This document shows positions 63,241 to 64,000 of a stretch of DNA of 64,000 nt, piece after piece. Under the pieces are notes generated by a model. It was given only the letters and a program-made list of their open reading frames with translations, was not told the origin of the DNA and made no database searches. Numbering within the stretch: the first letter of the stretch is position 1; the number at the start of each line of letters is the position of its first letter. A program made the position numbers and the translations under genes. Origin of the DNA: Malacoraja senta (Eukaryota); the NCBI GenBank assembly GCA_038087875.1, contig CM075977.1, positions 265,670,001-265,734,000 of the forward strand, given 5' to 3'.

Positions 63241-64000
63241 CTAAGTAAAATCAAGGAGTGATTAAAGAGCACGACTGACAAAAAATAATCATTCAAGACA
63301 TCTTTACTGTGAGTAATATAATCCATTAAAAATCAAGAAACTGGTGCAAACAATATATTGAACAATTCAACATTTTTCTCTTTTAGCTTTTGAGTTATTA
63401 TTTTTTACATGTGGTGCTACTTTTCAAGGATTTCTTAAGAAAAGGTTTCAAATATGTTTGCCATTAGGAAATGGAGATTAGCAATTTCAATTTGTTCGAA
63501 TGACATCCTGGCATTGCATGGCATACTTTACAATTGAACTGAAGTGTGGAACCAGAAGGATCTTTTTGGAGCATTATATAATTTAGCAAGACCCTTCTCT
63601 ATTCCTGATATTATACTAAAACCTGTCGATACTGGTTGTGGCTCAGAAGAATAGGGAAATTGAAACTCTCTCAATCTAAAATAATAAAAGGTAGTTAGGC
63701 TTTCACAAAATTCCCATTCCCGTTAATGAATCTAAAACACTCCAACCTTTTGGCGTACGGGGATTGCTGGTCGGTGTGGACTCAGTGGGCCAAAGGTCCT
63801 GTTTCCGCACAGTATCTCTAAACTAAACAATACTAAATTTCCTTTCCTAATGAAAAATCTTTTTATTTCCTGGACTTCAGGGATTTTAAAAAAGCATTTC
63901 ATTGGTGGCAATCTTGTGAGCTTCTTATTCCCACCAGCTGTTGTGATCGGAAGATCCAACAGGGAATTTGTTGTTCTTCTGAGCTCTCCATTGAGCTCAT

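Noticed and set aside
63732-64000. Possible HHIP exon 7 at the window end
   Set aside because: No match to the expected peptide (YSIPRSNPHFN...HGLHDPG); exon 7 lies outside the window.

Overview
Eukaryotic, repeat-rich vertebrate DNA. The repeat landscape (HE1-like tRNA-SINEs, CR1/HER1-like LINEs, Penelope-like elements) points to a cartilaginous fish, probably a skate or ray; this is an inference. The window holds the 3' half of a Hedgehog-interacting protein gene (HHIP) on the minus strand. Six exons correspond to human exons 8-13 (beta-propeller C-terminal part plus two EGF repeats), all with GT-AG boundaries and continuous reading phase. The notable feature lies 4.7 kb past the normally terminal exon: an intact, isolated BPTI/Kunitz-domain exon (11144-11352) with a strong acceptor. 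It joins in frame to an internal GT donor in exon 13 at ...RA/G, immediately before the usual hydrophobic C-terminal tail. The locus therefore appears to encode an HHIP-EGF-EGF-Kunitz protein as an alternative to, or replacement for, the canonical membrane-tethering tail. The introns contain a near-intact Passport-like Tc1 transposon, a solo LTR, hAT and Harbinger MITEs with clean TSDs, L1/Tx1, CR1, Rex1 and RTE pieces, and Penelope-like elements whose termini carry minimal hammerhead-ribozyme motifs. There are two assembly gaps (41486-41685 and 43134-43390). Exon and TSD coordinates were read at base level; other repeat boundaries are approximate. Comparisons with human HHIP and Passport are from memory, not from a search.
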